A program made the translations under genes and the position numbers. A stretch of 64,000 bases of DNA from an uncultured Anaerolineaceae bacterium. Lineage in GTDB: Bacteria > Chloroflexota > Dehalococcoidia > Tepidiformales > Tepidiformaceae. The notes under the pieces were generated by a model. That model did no database searches and had not been told where the DNA came from. It saw nothing but the letters and a program-made list of their open reading frames with translations. The stretch's first letter is position 1, and each line of letters starts with the position of its first letter. Below, piece by piece: positions 16,310 through 24,643 of this stretch. The stretch spans positions 115,123 through 179,122 of the forward strand of contig CAZDOK010000003.1 of NCBI GenBank assembly GCA_964507025.1, written 5' to 3'.

Positions 16310-17254
16310 ATGGCTGCATACGTCTTACGGCGCGTGGTCCTCACGTTGCCAGTGCTCTTACTCGTGCTCTTTGGCTCGTTCGCGCTCCTGCGCCTCATTC
16401 CCGGGAGCGCCGCCGAACTGCGCGCCGGGGCCGGCCAGAGCCAGGATGACATCGCCCGCCTCGAAAAGCAGTTCGGGCTCGACGACCCCATCCCAATCCA
16501 GTTCGCCAACTGGGTCGGCAGGCTCCTGACCGGCGACCTTGGCGAGTCCATCTGGAGCACCGAGCCCGTCGCCGACGAAATCAAGCGGCGCTTCCCGCCG
16601 ACCGCCGAGCTGGCGCTCCTGGGCGCCCTCTTCGCCGTCATCATCGCGGTACCAGCCGGCACCATGGCCGCGCTCAACCAGGACCGGTGGATCGATCGCT
16701 TCCTCCAGGTCGGCACAGCCGTCGGCATCGCGATCCCCAACTTCTTCCTCGCCACGCTGGTCATCATGCTGCCCGCGCGCTGGTGGGGGTGGACCCCGCC
16801 CACGGGCTACATCTCGATGTTCGATAACCCCGTCGAGAACCTCCAGCGCATGGCTCTGCCCGCGATGATCATCGGGCTTGCCCAGGCGGCCGTCATCACC
16901 CGCCTGACCCGGTCGTCGCTCCTCGAAGTCCTGCGGCAGGACTACATCCGCACCGCACGCGCCAAGGGACTCGCCGGCAGGACCGTCGTCATCCGCCACA
17001 GTTTCCGCAACGCCATGGTCCCGATCGTCACGATCTTCGGATTGCAGTTCGCGACGCTGCTCGGCGGCTCGGTCATCATCGAATCGGTGTTCAGCATTCC
17101 CGGGATGGGCGCTGGCGTGCTTTCCGCCATCGGCCGGCGCGACTATGACCTGGCCCAGACGCTCGTCCTGATTTTCGGTCTGGTCCACATCCTCTCCGTC
17201 TTCATCACGGACATGGCCTACACGCTGGTCGATCCGCGCATCAAATACACGTGA
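16310..17254 (+). CDS. ABC transporter permease (DppB/OppB family)
   Basis: MAAYVLRRVVLTLPVLLLVLFGSFALLRLIPG N-terminus and the EAA-like region typical of peptide/nickel/opine permeases; 314 aa. Confidence 0.9.
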   Translation: MAAYVLRRVVLTLPVLLLVLFGSFALLRLIPGSAAELRAGAGQSQDDIARLEKQFGLDDPIPIQFANWVGRLLTGDLGESIWSTEPVADEIKRRFPPTAELALLGALFAVIIAVPAGTMAALNQDRWIDRFLQVGTAVGIAIPNFFLATLVIMLPARWWGWTPPTGYISMFDNPVENLQRMALPAMIIGLAQAAVITRLTRSSLLEVLRQDYIRTARAKGLAGRTVVIRHSFRNAMVPIVTIFGLQFATLLGGSVIIESVFSIPGMGAGVLSAIGRRDYDLAQTLVLIFGLVHILSVFITDMAYTLVDPRIKYT

Positions 17255-17265
17255 AATACACGTGA
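17244..17265 (+). repeat. Perfect tandem duplication of 11 bp (AATACACGTGA x2) that includes the permease stop codon
   Basis: 17244-17254 and 17255-17265 are identical. The first copy carries the TGA stop (17252-17254). Each unit contains the CACGTG palindrome. Confidence 0.8.
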
Positions 17266-17314
17266 CATCCCGGCGCTCTCGTAATCCTCATTTCGTGCTC
17301 CACAAGGTGAATCC

Positions 17315-18220
17315 ATGGCGACTACAGCGGCTGTAAAACCTCCGCTCACCCGGATTGAAAAGAGGCGGCGGACTGGCCTGCTCCTCAGGAGCACGCGCCG
17401 GTTCATCGTGAAGAAGCCGCTTGGTGCGCTCGGCCTCGTGATGATCTGCATCGTCATCGTGGTCGGCATCATGCCTCAGGCTTTCGAGCGGACCGACCCC
17501 AACGCCGTCGATCCCCTCCGCATCCTGGAAGCCCCCGGCTCCAGCGCATGGTTCGGCACCGACCAGCTCGGCCGGGACATCTATTCCCGCGTAGTCCACG
17601 GCGCGCGTGTCGCCTCGATCGTGGGCTTCGGGGCGGTCGCCATCGCGGCCGTCGTGGGTACCGCCATCGGCATCGTCAGCGGCTACTACGGCGGCTGGGT
17701 GGACCTCATCGTCCAGCGCTTCGTCGATGCCATCCTCGCGTTTCCGCCCCTGGTCCTGGCGCTGAGCGTGGTGGTCGCCGTGGGGCCATCGGTCGGCAAC
17801 CTCGTGTTCGCGCTGGCGTTCGTTTCGGCGCCCTCGTTTTCCCGCATTGTACGGGCGTCCACACTCTCGGTCCGGCAGATGACCTATGTCGAAGCGGCCG
17901 TCTCCATCGGCCAGTCGACGCCGCTCATCATCCTTCGGCACGTCCTCCCGAACGTCGCGGCGCCCATCCTCGTGGTGGCCACCGGCGCGGTTGGCTCGGC
18001 GATCCTGGTCGAATCCGGGCTGAGCTTCCTGGGCCTCGGGCCACCACCGCCCGACGCCACCTGGGGGAGCATGCTCTCCCTCGAGGCGCGCTTCTACCTG
18101 ACGACTGCCTGGTGGCTCGCGGTCGTGCCCGGCGTCGTGATCTCGGTCACGGTGCTCGCCTTCAACCTCCTCGGCGACGCGCTGCGAGACGTCCTCGACC
18201 CGCGCCTGCGGGGGCGCTAG
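17315..18220 (+). CDS. ABC transporter permease (DppC/OppC family)
   Basis: 301 aa. LGTDQLGRDIYSRVVHGAR motif typical of OppC/DppC N-terminal regions, with multiple TM helices. Confidence 0.9.
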   Translation: MATTAAVKPPLTRIEKRRRTGLLLRSTRRFIVKKPLGALGLVMICIVIVVGIMPQAFERTDPNAVDPLRILEAPGSSAWFGTDQLGRDIYSRVVHGARVASIVGFGAVAIAAVVGTAIGIVSGYYGGWVDLIVQRFVDAILAFPPLVLALSVVVAVGPSVGNLVFALAFVSAPSFSRIVRASTLSVRQMTYVEAAVSIGQSTPLIILRHVLPNVAAPILVVATGAVGSAILVESGLSFLGLGPPPPDATWGSMLSLEARFYLTTAWWLAVVPGVVISVTVLAFNLLGDALRDVLDPRLRGR

Positions 18221-18241
18221 CCAAAACAACTCGTGCCCACG

Positions 18242-18268
18242 GTGCGCACTCCCGGCCGGGAGGCGCAC
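18242..18268 (+). other. Intercistronic GC hairpin between the permease and binding-protein genes
   Basis: GTGCGC-a-CTCCC GGCC GGGAG GCGCAC: 11 bp with one bulged A and a GGCC loop. No U-tract. Could be an mRNA-stability or processing element. Confidence 0.3.
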
Positions 18269-18387
18269 CGGCCACTCCAGAACGAAAGGAGCCTTCGCAA
18301 AGCAGACTGATCATTCGGCCCGGGGGGGCCGGCCGGCTTCAGGGGCCAAAACACGCTTTTTGGGTTTCAAGGGGAAGGGAGATTCGC

Positions 18388-20169
18388 ATGACTGAGAAGT
18401 CAGAATACTGGTCCCGCTGGTGGAACAGCAGGACATCACGGCGCCGCCTGATCGGCGGCGGCGTTTCGCTTGGTCTTGGCGCCGCGGCGCTGGGCATCGT
18501 CGGGTGCGGTGACGACGACGATGATGACGGCGATACCGGCGGGAACGGTGGTGGTGGCGCCACTGCCTCCCCGTCGGCCGGGAATGGTGGCGGGACCACC
18601 GTCGCCTCCGCCTTGCCCGACCACCCCCTGTTCAAGGGCCTGCCCGGCGGCAAGAAGGGCGGCAAGTTCGTATGGGCCCAGTCCGACGACCCGGTCGGCG
18701 GCGACCCGCACAGCCACGAGGAGCCCGGCACCCAGGCTCTGACCTCGCCGGTGCACAACTGCCTCTTCTTCCCGTGGGAAGAGACCCCGGGCGAACAGAC
18801 CATCGTCGGCGAACTCGTGGAAAAGTGGGAACAGCCCACGGATACGGAAGTCATCCTCACCCTGCGGAAGGGCGTGAAGTGGCAGGATGTGGACCCCGTC
18901 AACGGCCGCGAGTTCGTGGCCAAGGACGTCGAGTACAACCTGAAGCGGATGGTCGAAACCCGGCCGGAAAACCGCCTCCGCGGCATGTTCGAACCGATCG
19001 TCGGCATCGAGATGCCCGACGACCACACCGTAAAACTGAAGCTGGCCCACCCGTTCGCGCCGCTGTTGATGAACCTCGGTTTCACCTGGGCCCAGATGGT
19101 CGCCAGGGAAGTCGTGGAGAAGGGCACGATCGAGCGCGCGCCGATCGGCACCGGTCCCTTCATGCTGGATAAGTGGGAACGCGGAGTCCGCGCGACCTAC
19201 AAGCGCAACCCGAACTACTGGAAGCCGGGCCTTCCCTTCTTCGACGAGCTCGAAATGCAAATCCTGGCCGACCGGGCCGTGCGCGAGGCGAAATACCTCG
19301 CCGGCGAGCACGACCTGGGCGCCGTGAACGTGCTCGGCTCGAAGGCCGACGTCATCAGCAGCCAGATGTCGGACATCAAAGGCAAGGTACCCAGCAAATT
19401 CATCGAGGGGAACGCGGCATTCAACGCGAAGCTGCACGTGTATTTCAACGTTGCCGTCAAGCCGTTCGACGATGAGCGCGTGCGCCGCGCTATCGCCATG
19501 GCCTTCAATTACGACCAGATGATCGCGGCCTTCGCGGCTGGCCGGGGCCAGCGGACGGGCGAAATGTCCTCGGGCAATACCTTCTGGGCGGCGCGCGAGG
19601 CCGATATGCCGAAGTTCGATATCGCCCAGGCGAAGGCACTCCTGGAGCAGGCGGGGCAGTCGGGCCTCAAGACCGAGAACTGGGTCTCGCCTCAGTACAG
19701 CGGCACCACCCTCGCGCCCATCACGCAGGGCCTGCTGAAGCAGGCGCTGGGCATCGACGTGGCGCCGAAGACCCTCGAAAACGCGCAGTGGATCTCGGAG
19801 GTCTACCGGGCCCAGAAGCCGTACCCGCTTTCCAGCCACGCAGACTGGTCGTTCGACGACCCGGACCGCACCCTGCGCGAGTACTACCACTCGAAGGGCA
19901 CCGCCCAGCATCAGAACCTGAACGATGCCGTGCTCGACAAGATGCTCGACGATCAGCGCCAGGAGCTGGACAGGACCAAGCGCCAGGAACTGGTGCGCGA
20001 CATCCAGAAGTACATGATGGACAAGGCCTATACGGTGCCGATGTTCGCCATCGGCTTCATCACCGTCGTCCCCGAGTATCTCAACTATCTCGATATCCGC
20101 GGCGGCAACATCAACAGCTACCGCACCCGCGATATCATCTTCGCCACAGGTGGCCCGCGCGCGGGCTAG
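18388..20169 (+). CDS. ABC transporter substrate-binding lipoprotein, family 5 (peptide/nickel/opine type), Tat-type signal
   Basis: ORF 17548..20169 trimmed to ATG 18388 (GGGAAGGGAG upstream). Twin-arginine SRRRLIGGG and lipobox IVGCG, then a poly-Asp/Gly linker. Family 5 SBP body (YKRNPNYWKPGLPFFDE). Confidence 0.9.
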   Translation: MTEKSEYWSRWWNSRTSRRRLIGGGVSLGLGAAALGIVGCGDDDDDDGDTGGNGGGGATASPSAGNGGGTTVASALPDHPLFKGLPGGKKGGKFVWAQSDDPVGGDPHSHEEPGTQALTSPVHNCLFFPWEETPGEQTIVGELVEKWEQPTDTEVILTLRKGVKWQDVDPVNGREFVAKDVEYNLKRMVETRPENRLRGMFEPIVGIEMPDDHTVKLKLAHPFAPLLMNLGFTWAQMVAREVVEKGTIERAPIGTGPFMLDKWERGVRATYKRNPNYWKPGLPFFDELEMQILADRAVREAKYLAGEHDLGAVNVLGSKADVISSQMSDIKGKVPSKFIEGNAAFNAKLHVYFNVAVKPFDDERVRRAIAMAFNYDQMIAAFAAGRGQRTGEMSSGNTFWAAREADMPKFDIAQAKALLEQAGQSGLKTENWVSPQYSGTTLAPITQGLLKQALGIDVAPKTLENAQWISEVYRAQKPYPLSSHADWSFDDPDRTLREYYHSKGTAQHQNLNDAVLDKMLDDQRQELDRTKRQELVRDIQKYMMDKAYTVPMFAIGFITVVPEYLNYLDIRGGNINSYRTRDIIFATGGPRAG

Positions 20170-20194
20170 TTCCTGACCACGCACGACGATCAGT

Positions 20195-20227
20195 GAGGGT
20201 GCCGCCGCACATCCGGCGGCAACCCTC
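20195..20227 (+). terminator. GC-rich hairpin downstream of the binding-protein gene (possible terminator, no U-tract)
   Basis: GAGGGTGCCGCCG-cacatc-CGGCGGC-a-ACCCTC: 13 bp with one bulge. Confidence 0.35.
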
Positions 20228-20251
20228 ATCGGGACACCCGGGAGAAACGCC

Positions 20252-20539
20252 ATGCCTGTGTACGAATTTCGCTGCCAGCTGTGTGGCCACAAAGCTGAAG
20301 TGCTGGCCAGGCGGGTGGGGTCAGCGGTGACGGAACCGGAGTGCCCGGCCGGTCAACCAGGACATCGCATGGTCCGCATCATGAGCACGTTCGCTCGCCG
20401 GCTCACCGAGGCGGACAAGCTCGCCGAGGCGGAGGCGCAGTACGGGGCCGAAGTCGAAGCCGTCATGGGCAAGGGACCCGATATCGCGCGCCTCGCCCGG
20501 CGCTACGACACGCTCTCGGCCGACCTGCCCCCGGAGTAA
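20252..20539 (+). CDS. FmdB-family zinc-ribbon small protein
   Basis: MPVYEFRCQLCGH N-terminus, typical of the CxxC_CxxC_SSSS family. The second metal pair is atypical (ECPAGQPGH). Confidence 0.7.
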   Translation: MPVYEFRCQLCGHKAEVLARRVGSAVTEPECPAGQPGHRMVRIMSTFARRLTEADKLAEAEAQYGAEVEAVMGKGPDIARLARRYDTLSADLPPE

Positions 20540-20630
20540 CCCGGCGCGGCCGCGTGGGCCATGCACCACCCTTCTACCGGGGGGCCCGCTTCATCCCCGG
20601 GCTTCTTCGGGCCTTGCTACAGTGAATCGT

Positions 20631-21449
20631 ATGGCAGGTCTCAGGAAGCGCCGGCTCGGACGTACCGGCCTGGCAGTCTCGGAACTCGGGCTGGGCGCCA
20701 TGGACACGCCACATTCGCCCGAGGCCATCGACACGGTGATGACCGCGCTCGACCTCGGCATCGACTTCATCGACACCGCGCGGGACTACGAAGGGAGCGA
20801 GCACCTGCTCGGCGAGGTCATCCGCCGGCGTGGCGGAAAGGACTTCGTGCTGGGGAGCAAGACCTTCCGCCACTCCGCGAATGGGAGCCAGTACGAGATC
20901 GACCGTTCGCTCCGGGTGCTCGGCGTCGAGCGGATCGACCTCTACCAGCTCCACGACATCTCCACGCCGGCAGCCTGGGACGAAGTGATGGGCGAGGACG
21001 GCGCGCTCGAAGGGCTCAAGACCGCGCGATACCGCGGCCTCATCGGGCACATCGGCATCTCATCGCACCACCTGGACATCGCCGAGCGAGCGATCACTTG
21101 CGGTGAGTTCGACACCGTCATGCTCGAGTACTCCGCATTCTTTCCCCAATCGGCGCCGCTCATCGGCCTGGCCGCGGAGCGCGATGTGGGCGTGATCGTG
21201 ATGCGCCCCCTGGGGGGTTCCGGCCGGACCAGCACCATGCGCGGCCGCCTGGCCGCCGGCTACAGCGGCCCGCTCACCCCGGCGAACCTCCTGCGATACG
21301 TGCTTTCGCACCCGGGCGTGTCGGTGGCCATCCCGGGGGCGCGATACCCGTCGCGCATCGTCGAGAACGTCGCGACGGCTTCCAGCTACGAACCGATGAC
21401 CCTGGCCGAGCGGCGAAAACTCGAACAGGCTGCGGCGGAGCTGTACTGA
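20631..21449 (+). CDS. Aldo/keto reductase
   Basis: RRLGRTGLAVSELGLGAM, FIDTARDYEGSEHLLG (catalytic Asp/Tyr region) and IDLYQLHD. ATG at 20631 lies inside track ORF 20622..21449. Confidence 0.9.
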   Translation: MAGLRKRRLGRTGLAVSELGLGAMDTPHSPEAIDTVMTALDLGIDFIDTARDYEGSEHLLGEVIRRRGGKDFVLGSKTFRHSANGSQYEIDRSLRVLGVERIDLYQLHDISTPAAWDEVMGEDGALEGLKTARYRGLIGHIGISSHHLDIAERAITCGEFDTVMLEYSAFFPQSAPLIGLAAERDVGVIVMRPLGGSGRTSTMRGRLAAGYSGPLTPANLLRYVLSHPGVSVAIPGARYPSRIVENVATASSYEPMTLAERRKLEQAAAELY

Positions 21450-21564
21450 CCCCGGCCCCGGCGGGCACGGCCGCTCGGCCGGCGATACCGGCCCGGGCCG
21501 CCCTGTGCTGCTGCCTTGAACTGGCTGAGTATCATCGATGCAATCACCGGCTGGAGGTGCGCGC

Positions 21565-21792
21565 ATGGCGACCAGCGCGATGTTCGTGGTGACACTGCGG
21601 GAGTGGCTCGAGAGCCAGCGGCTTCAGGACACGCCCCACCGCGCGGCCCTCGGTGCCGCGATGAACGCCGGCGATACGGCCGCGATTCGCTCCTTGCTCG
21701 CCGGGGCGCCGTTCAATCCCGAACAGCGGCGCTACCTGGATGACCTGCTCGATCGCTGGGAGAAGGCGGAAGCCGGGGCGAATGAGGCCTGA
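21565..21792 (+). CDS. Hypothetical small protein
   Basis: ORF 21538..21792 trimmed to ATG 21565 (GGAGGTG upstream). No motif recognised. Confidence 0.4.
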   Translation: MATSAMFVVTLREWLESQRLQDTPHRAALGAAMNAGDTAAIRSLLAGAPFNPEQRRYLDDLLDRWEKAEAGANEA

Positions 21793-22492
21793 CCACGATC
21801 ATGGGCCGCGCCGGGGTAAGGGTGGTACACCGGCACCCATGCCAATCTCGCGCATCCCTGTGCCGTCGGTCGGCCGGCTGACCGAGGCGATCGCCGTTTC
21901 GCCAGCAGATCGCATGCGCCAGGTAGAGGCGTTCTTCGCTGCCCACCCGCAATCCGGTGCCGGGCCGTTCGGGCTCGGGCAGGCGATTCTCGACTTCCAG
22001 CGGTGGGAGCTCGCGTCCGGCCGCATCGGCGATGCTGGCGGGTCCGGATGGTGGCGGGGCGTGAACGGCATGATGGTCCTGGACATCGCTTCCGCCTGTC
22101 GCGGAGACGCGCCGGCAACCCCCGCGGTGCGCGCCTGGGTGAACTACACCACCGCACGCGATCCGCAGGCCGCGCTCTGGGAAGCGCATCAGCGCTCGCT
22201 TCACGCCGGCATCCGCGCGTGCGCGGCGTTGCTGGCGGCCGAACCAGAGGCCGAGCAGCGTTTCGCCGCTATCGTTATCGACGTGGTCGACCGCACGGCA
22301 CTCGCGGGGACGGCTACGGACAACGACGGCCTGGCGCGCATGACGCAGCGCTTCTATCCCGCCAGCTACCCAATCGGCCCGGACGACATCCCGGAGCTCG
22401 ACCTGATGCGCGAGAAGACGGCGGCGCGCCTGCTCGATGGTGCCGGGCGCCGGCTCGAGAACGTTGGCATGGGTTCGACGCGCTGGGATTGA
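21782..22492 (+). CDS. Hypothetical protein (236 aa)
   Basis: ORF 21740..22492 trimmed to ATG 21782, overlapping the upstream stop by 11 nt. Ordinary amino-acid composition; no motif recognised. Confidence 0.5.
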   Translation: MRPDHDHGPRRGKGGTPAPMPISRIPVPSVGRLTEAIAVSPADRMRQVEAFFAAHPQSGAGPFGLGQAILDFQRWELASGRIGDAGGSGWWRGVNGMMVLDIASACRGDAPATPAVRAWVNYTTARDPQAALWEAHQRSLHAGIRACAALLAAEPEAEQRFAAIVIDVVDRTALAGTATDNDGLARMTQRFYPASYPIGPDDIPELDLMREKTAARLLDGAGRRLENVGMGSTRWD

Positions 22493-22566
22493 GACTGCCT
22501 GGCGCAAGACATCGCGCCACGCTGCTAGACTCCCCTTCGCGCCGGGATGCCGGCCGGAGATTCCAG

Positions 22567-23238
22567 GTGCTCGATGCGCAGCTGCCCGGCGCCGTTCAAG
22601 CCGAATGGGATGGCCTTGTCGTCCGAAGCGCTCGTCCCGAAGAGTCGGATCTCCTGGCTGATCTCGTGCTTGGAGATGCGGAGCAGGAAACCACCAGGGT
22701 GGCGATGAAGCTCTACGGTCTCAGCGACCTGGAGCGAGTGCGATCGCTGTTCCGCTTGTTGTGGCGCGCGGGTGAGAATTGGCGCCTGAGCGTGGTCGCA
22801 TTCTCTGGAGGCGAACCCGTTGCCGTATTGCAGCGAGGGCCCTCAGGGTTGAAAGTCCGACCTCGTCTGCTCGTGCATGCTTTCCGCGCGGTGGGGCCGT
22901 TTGCCCTGGTGAGGATTGGCTTGCGCATGCGTTATCAATCGGCCGTCTCGCCGAAAAAGCCTGTCGGCGCCTACGTGATTTCAGAGCTGCACGTCGCGGC
23001 GAATGCGCGGGGGAGGGGCATCGGAGGCCAGCTGCTTGGATTTGCAGAGCACGAAGCGCGTTCCTGTGGATTCGGGAAGATGGCCCTTCACACACTGACG
23101 ACCAATCCGGCTCGCCACCTGTACGAACGAAATGGGTTCGTCGAAGTGGCTGTCGCCAGGGGCGCCCGGTTCGAACGCCTCACAGGCGCCGAGGGGAATG
23201 TGCTCATGGTGAAGGAGCTTCCCACGCTCACTGGATGA
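22567..23238 (+). CDS. GNAT family N-acetyltransferase
   Basis: Track ORF 22003..23238 trimmed to GTG 22567 (GGAGA upstream). Acetyl-CoA binding motif ANARGRGIGGQLLGFAEHEA and C-terminal NPARHLYERNGF. Confidence 0.75.
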   Translation: MLDAQLPGAVQAEWDGLVVRSARPEESDLLADLVLGDAEQETTRVAMKLYGLSDLERVRSLFRLLWRAGENWRLSVVAFSGGEPVAVLQRGPSGLKVRPRLLVHAFRAVGPFALVRIGLRMRYQSAVSPKKPVGAYVISELHVAANARGRGIGGQLLGFAEHEARSCGFGKMALHTLTTNPARHLYERNGFVEVAVARGARFERLTGAEGNVLMVKELPTLTG

Positions 23239-23914
23239 ACTCGTACGGCTGGAGCAGCTCCGCGTAGTCGTTCCGCGGCGAGTTCAAGAGGGGGGAGACG
23301 GGCCGGTAGACCAGCCACTCATCCGGTGGGGGCCCGAGCAGCTTCTTCAGGCTCACCGGGTTTGGCTCGTTCAGGTTCATCCAGGCGTCGGCCTGCTCAT
23401 CCGAAAGCACGACAGGCATGCGGTCGTGGATAGGCCGCATCATCTCGTTCGCGCGCGTCGTGAGGATGGTGAAGGTACGTTCCCTTCGGTCGGGAGCGGG
23501 AAACCACGATTCGTAGAGCCCTGCCAGCAGGAGGAGTCCCCCATCGGGGCGATGGAACCAGAGCGGGCGGCGGTGGTCGCCCGGCCCGACCCACTCGAAA
23601 AACCCATCGGCGGGGACCACGCAGCGGCGCTTGAGGAAGGCCTCGCGGAAGGCGGGACGCCGGTCGACACCCTCGGCCCGGGCGTTGATTGGCCCGGTCA
23701 CCCTTTTCCCGGGCTGGGCCCAGTGGTTCACGAGCCCCCACTTCGCGCGCGCGATTTCGCGGTCTTCGAAGCGCTGGCGGACGATGAAGTGCCAGTCAGT
23801 CGGGGCGATGTTGTAACGCGGCTGGTACTCGTCGGGGATCGAGCCGCGCGGAACGCCGAGCTCGCGCTCGAGCTCCGCGCGGTCGGCCCTCGTGAGGGTG
23901 AAACGCCCACACAT
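23228..23914 (-). CDS. yedK: SOS response-associated peptidase (SRAP/YedK, abasic-site processing protein)
   Basis: N-terminal MCGRF (Cys2 nucleophile), YNIAPT, INARAE, PADGFFEW and HDRMPV motifs. Confidence 0.9.
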   Translation of the reverse strand: MCGRFTLTRADRAELERELGVPRGSIPDEYQPRYNIAPTDWHFIVRQRFEDREIARAKWGLVNHWAQPGKRVTGPINARAEGVDRRPAFREAFLKRRCVVPADGFFEWVGPGDHRRPLWFHRPDGGLLLLAGLYESWFPAPDRRERTFTILTTRANEMMRPIHDRMPVVLSDEQADAWMNLNEPNPVSLKKLLGPPPDEWLVYRPVSPLLNSPRNDYAELLQPYEFIQ

Positions 23915-23948
23915 GCGAGAAGCTTAGTGCTCCAGGGGACGTGGCACG

Positions 23949-24425
23949 CTACCCCCTCGAGTACGTGCCAACGAGCCGGTTCATGCCGAGGGTGTGCGGC
24001 TCGATCTTCTCCAGCAACTGCCAGAGGGTGAGACCCGGCTCGAGGTTGAGCTCGGCGTTCAGCGCGAACACCCAGAAGTAGTAGTAGTGGGTGCCGTGGC
24101 CCGGCGGGGGCATCGGGCCACCGTAGCCGGGCTTGCCGAAGTCGGTCACACCGCTGGTGTGGTCCTTTGTGCCCTCGGCGAGGTTCGTGACGTTGGCGGG
24201 GATGTTGTAGAGCACCCAGTGCACGTAGCCATAGCGGCCGCCGGTTACCAGGGGCGCATCCGGGTCGTGGCAGACCACGGCGAACGACCGGGTGCCCTCC
24301 GGCGCGTCACTCCAGGCGAGCGCGGGCGAGACGTTTTCGGCCTCGCCTGTGTGCTTCGCGGGGATCCTGCCACCCGCCCCGAATGCCGGGCTGGTGAGCT
24401 GCATCTTCGATAGCGCGAAACCCAA
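23949..24425 (-). CDS. YbhB/YbcL family PEBP (Raf kinase inhibitor-like) protein
   Basis: CHDPDAP, YVHWVLYNIP and GHGTHYYYFWVFAL. TTG at 24425 lies 5 nt after GAAGGAGGA; the first ATG is at 24404. The upstream 150 codons of track ORF 23949..24899 are Arg-rich filler. Confidence 0.85.
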   Translation of the reverse strand: MGFALSKMQLTSPAFGAGGRIPAKHTGEAENVSPALAWSDAPEGTRSFAVVCHDPDAPLVTGGRYGYVHWVLYNIPANVTNLAEGTKDHTSGVTDFGKPGYGGPMPPPGHGTHYYYFWVFALNAELNLEPGLTLWQLLEKIEPHTLGMNRLVGTYSRG

Positions 24426-24643
24426 AGCGTTCCTCCTTCGCTGTCTCCGTCCAGGTCCAGGGCGCACTGATACTGGCACAGACCCGTCGCGCCTGCCAGC
24501 GCCCCCCGGGGCGAGCGTGCCTGCGTGAAGCGCATCACCCTCCTTCCCGAGCCTCCATGGCTTCTTCAGAAATCCCTCAAGTTTCGCCCGCGGTGCCCGT
24601 CCTACGTTGAGATCGCGGCTGATGGCCGCAGGGAGAGAGAACC

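Noticed and set aside
22003-22566. N-terminal 188 codons of track ORF 22003..23238, which would make a 411-aa GNAT protein.
   Set aside because: The extension is Arg/Gly-rich and overlaps the better-supported hypothetical gene 21782..22492 in another frame. The GNAT domain begins after GTG 22567, which has its own SD.
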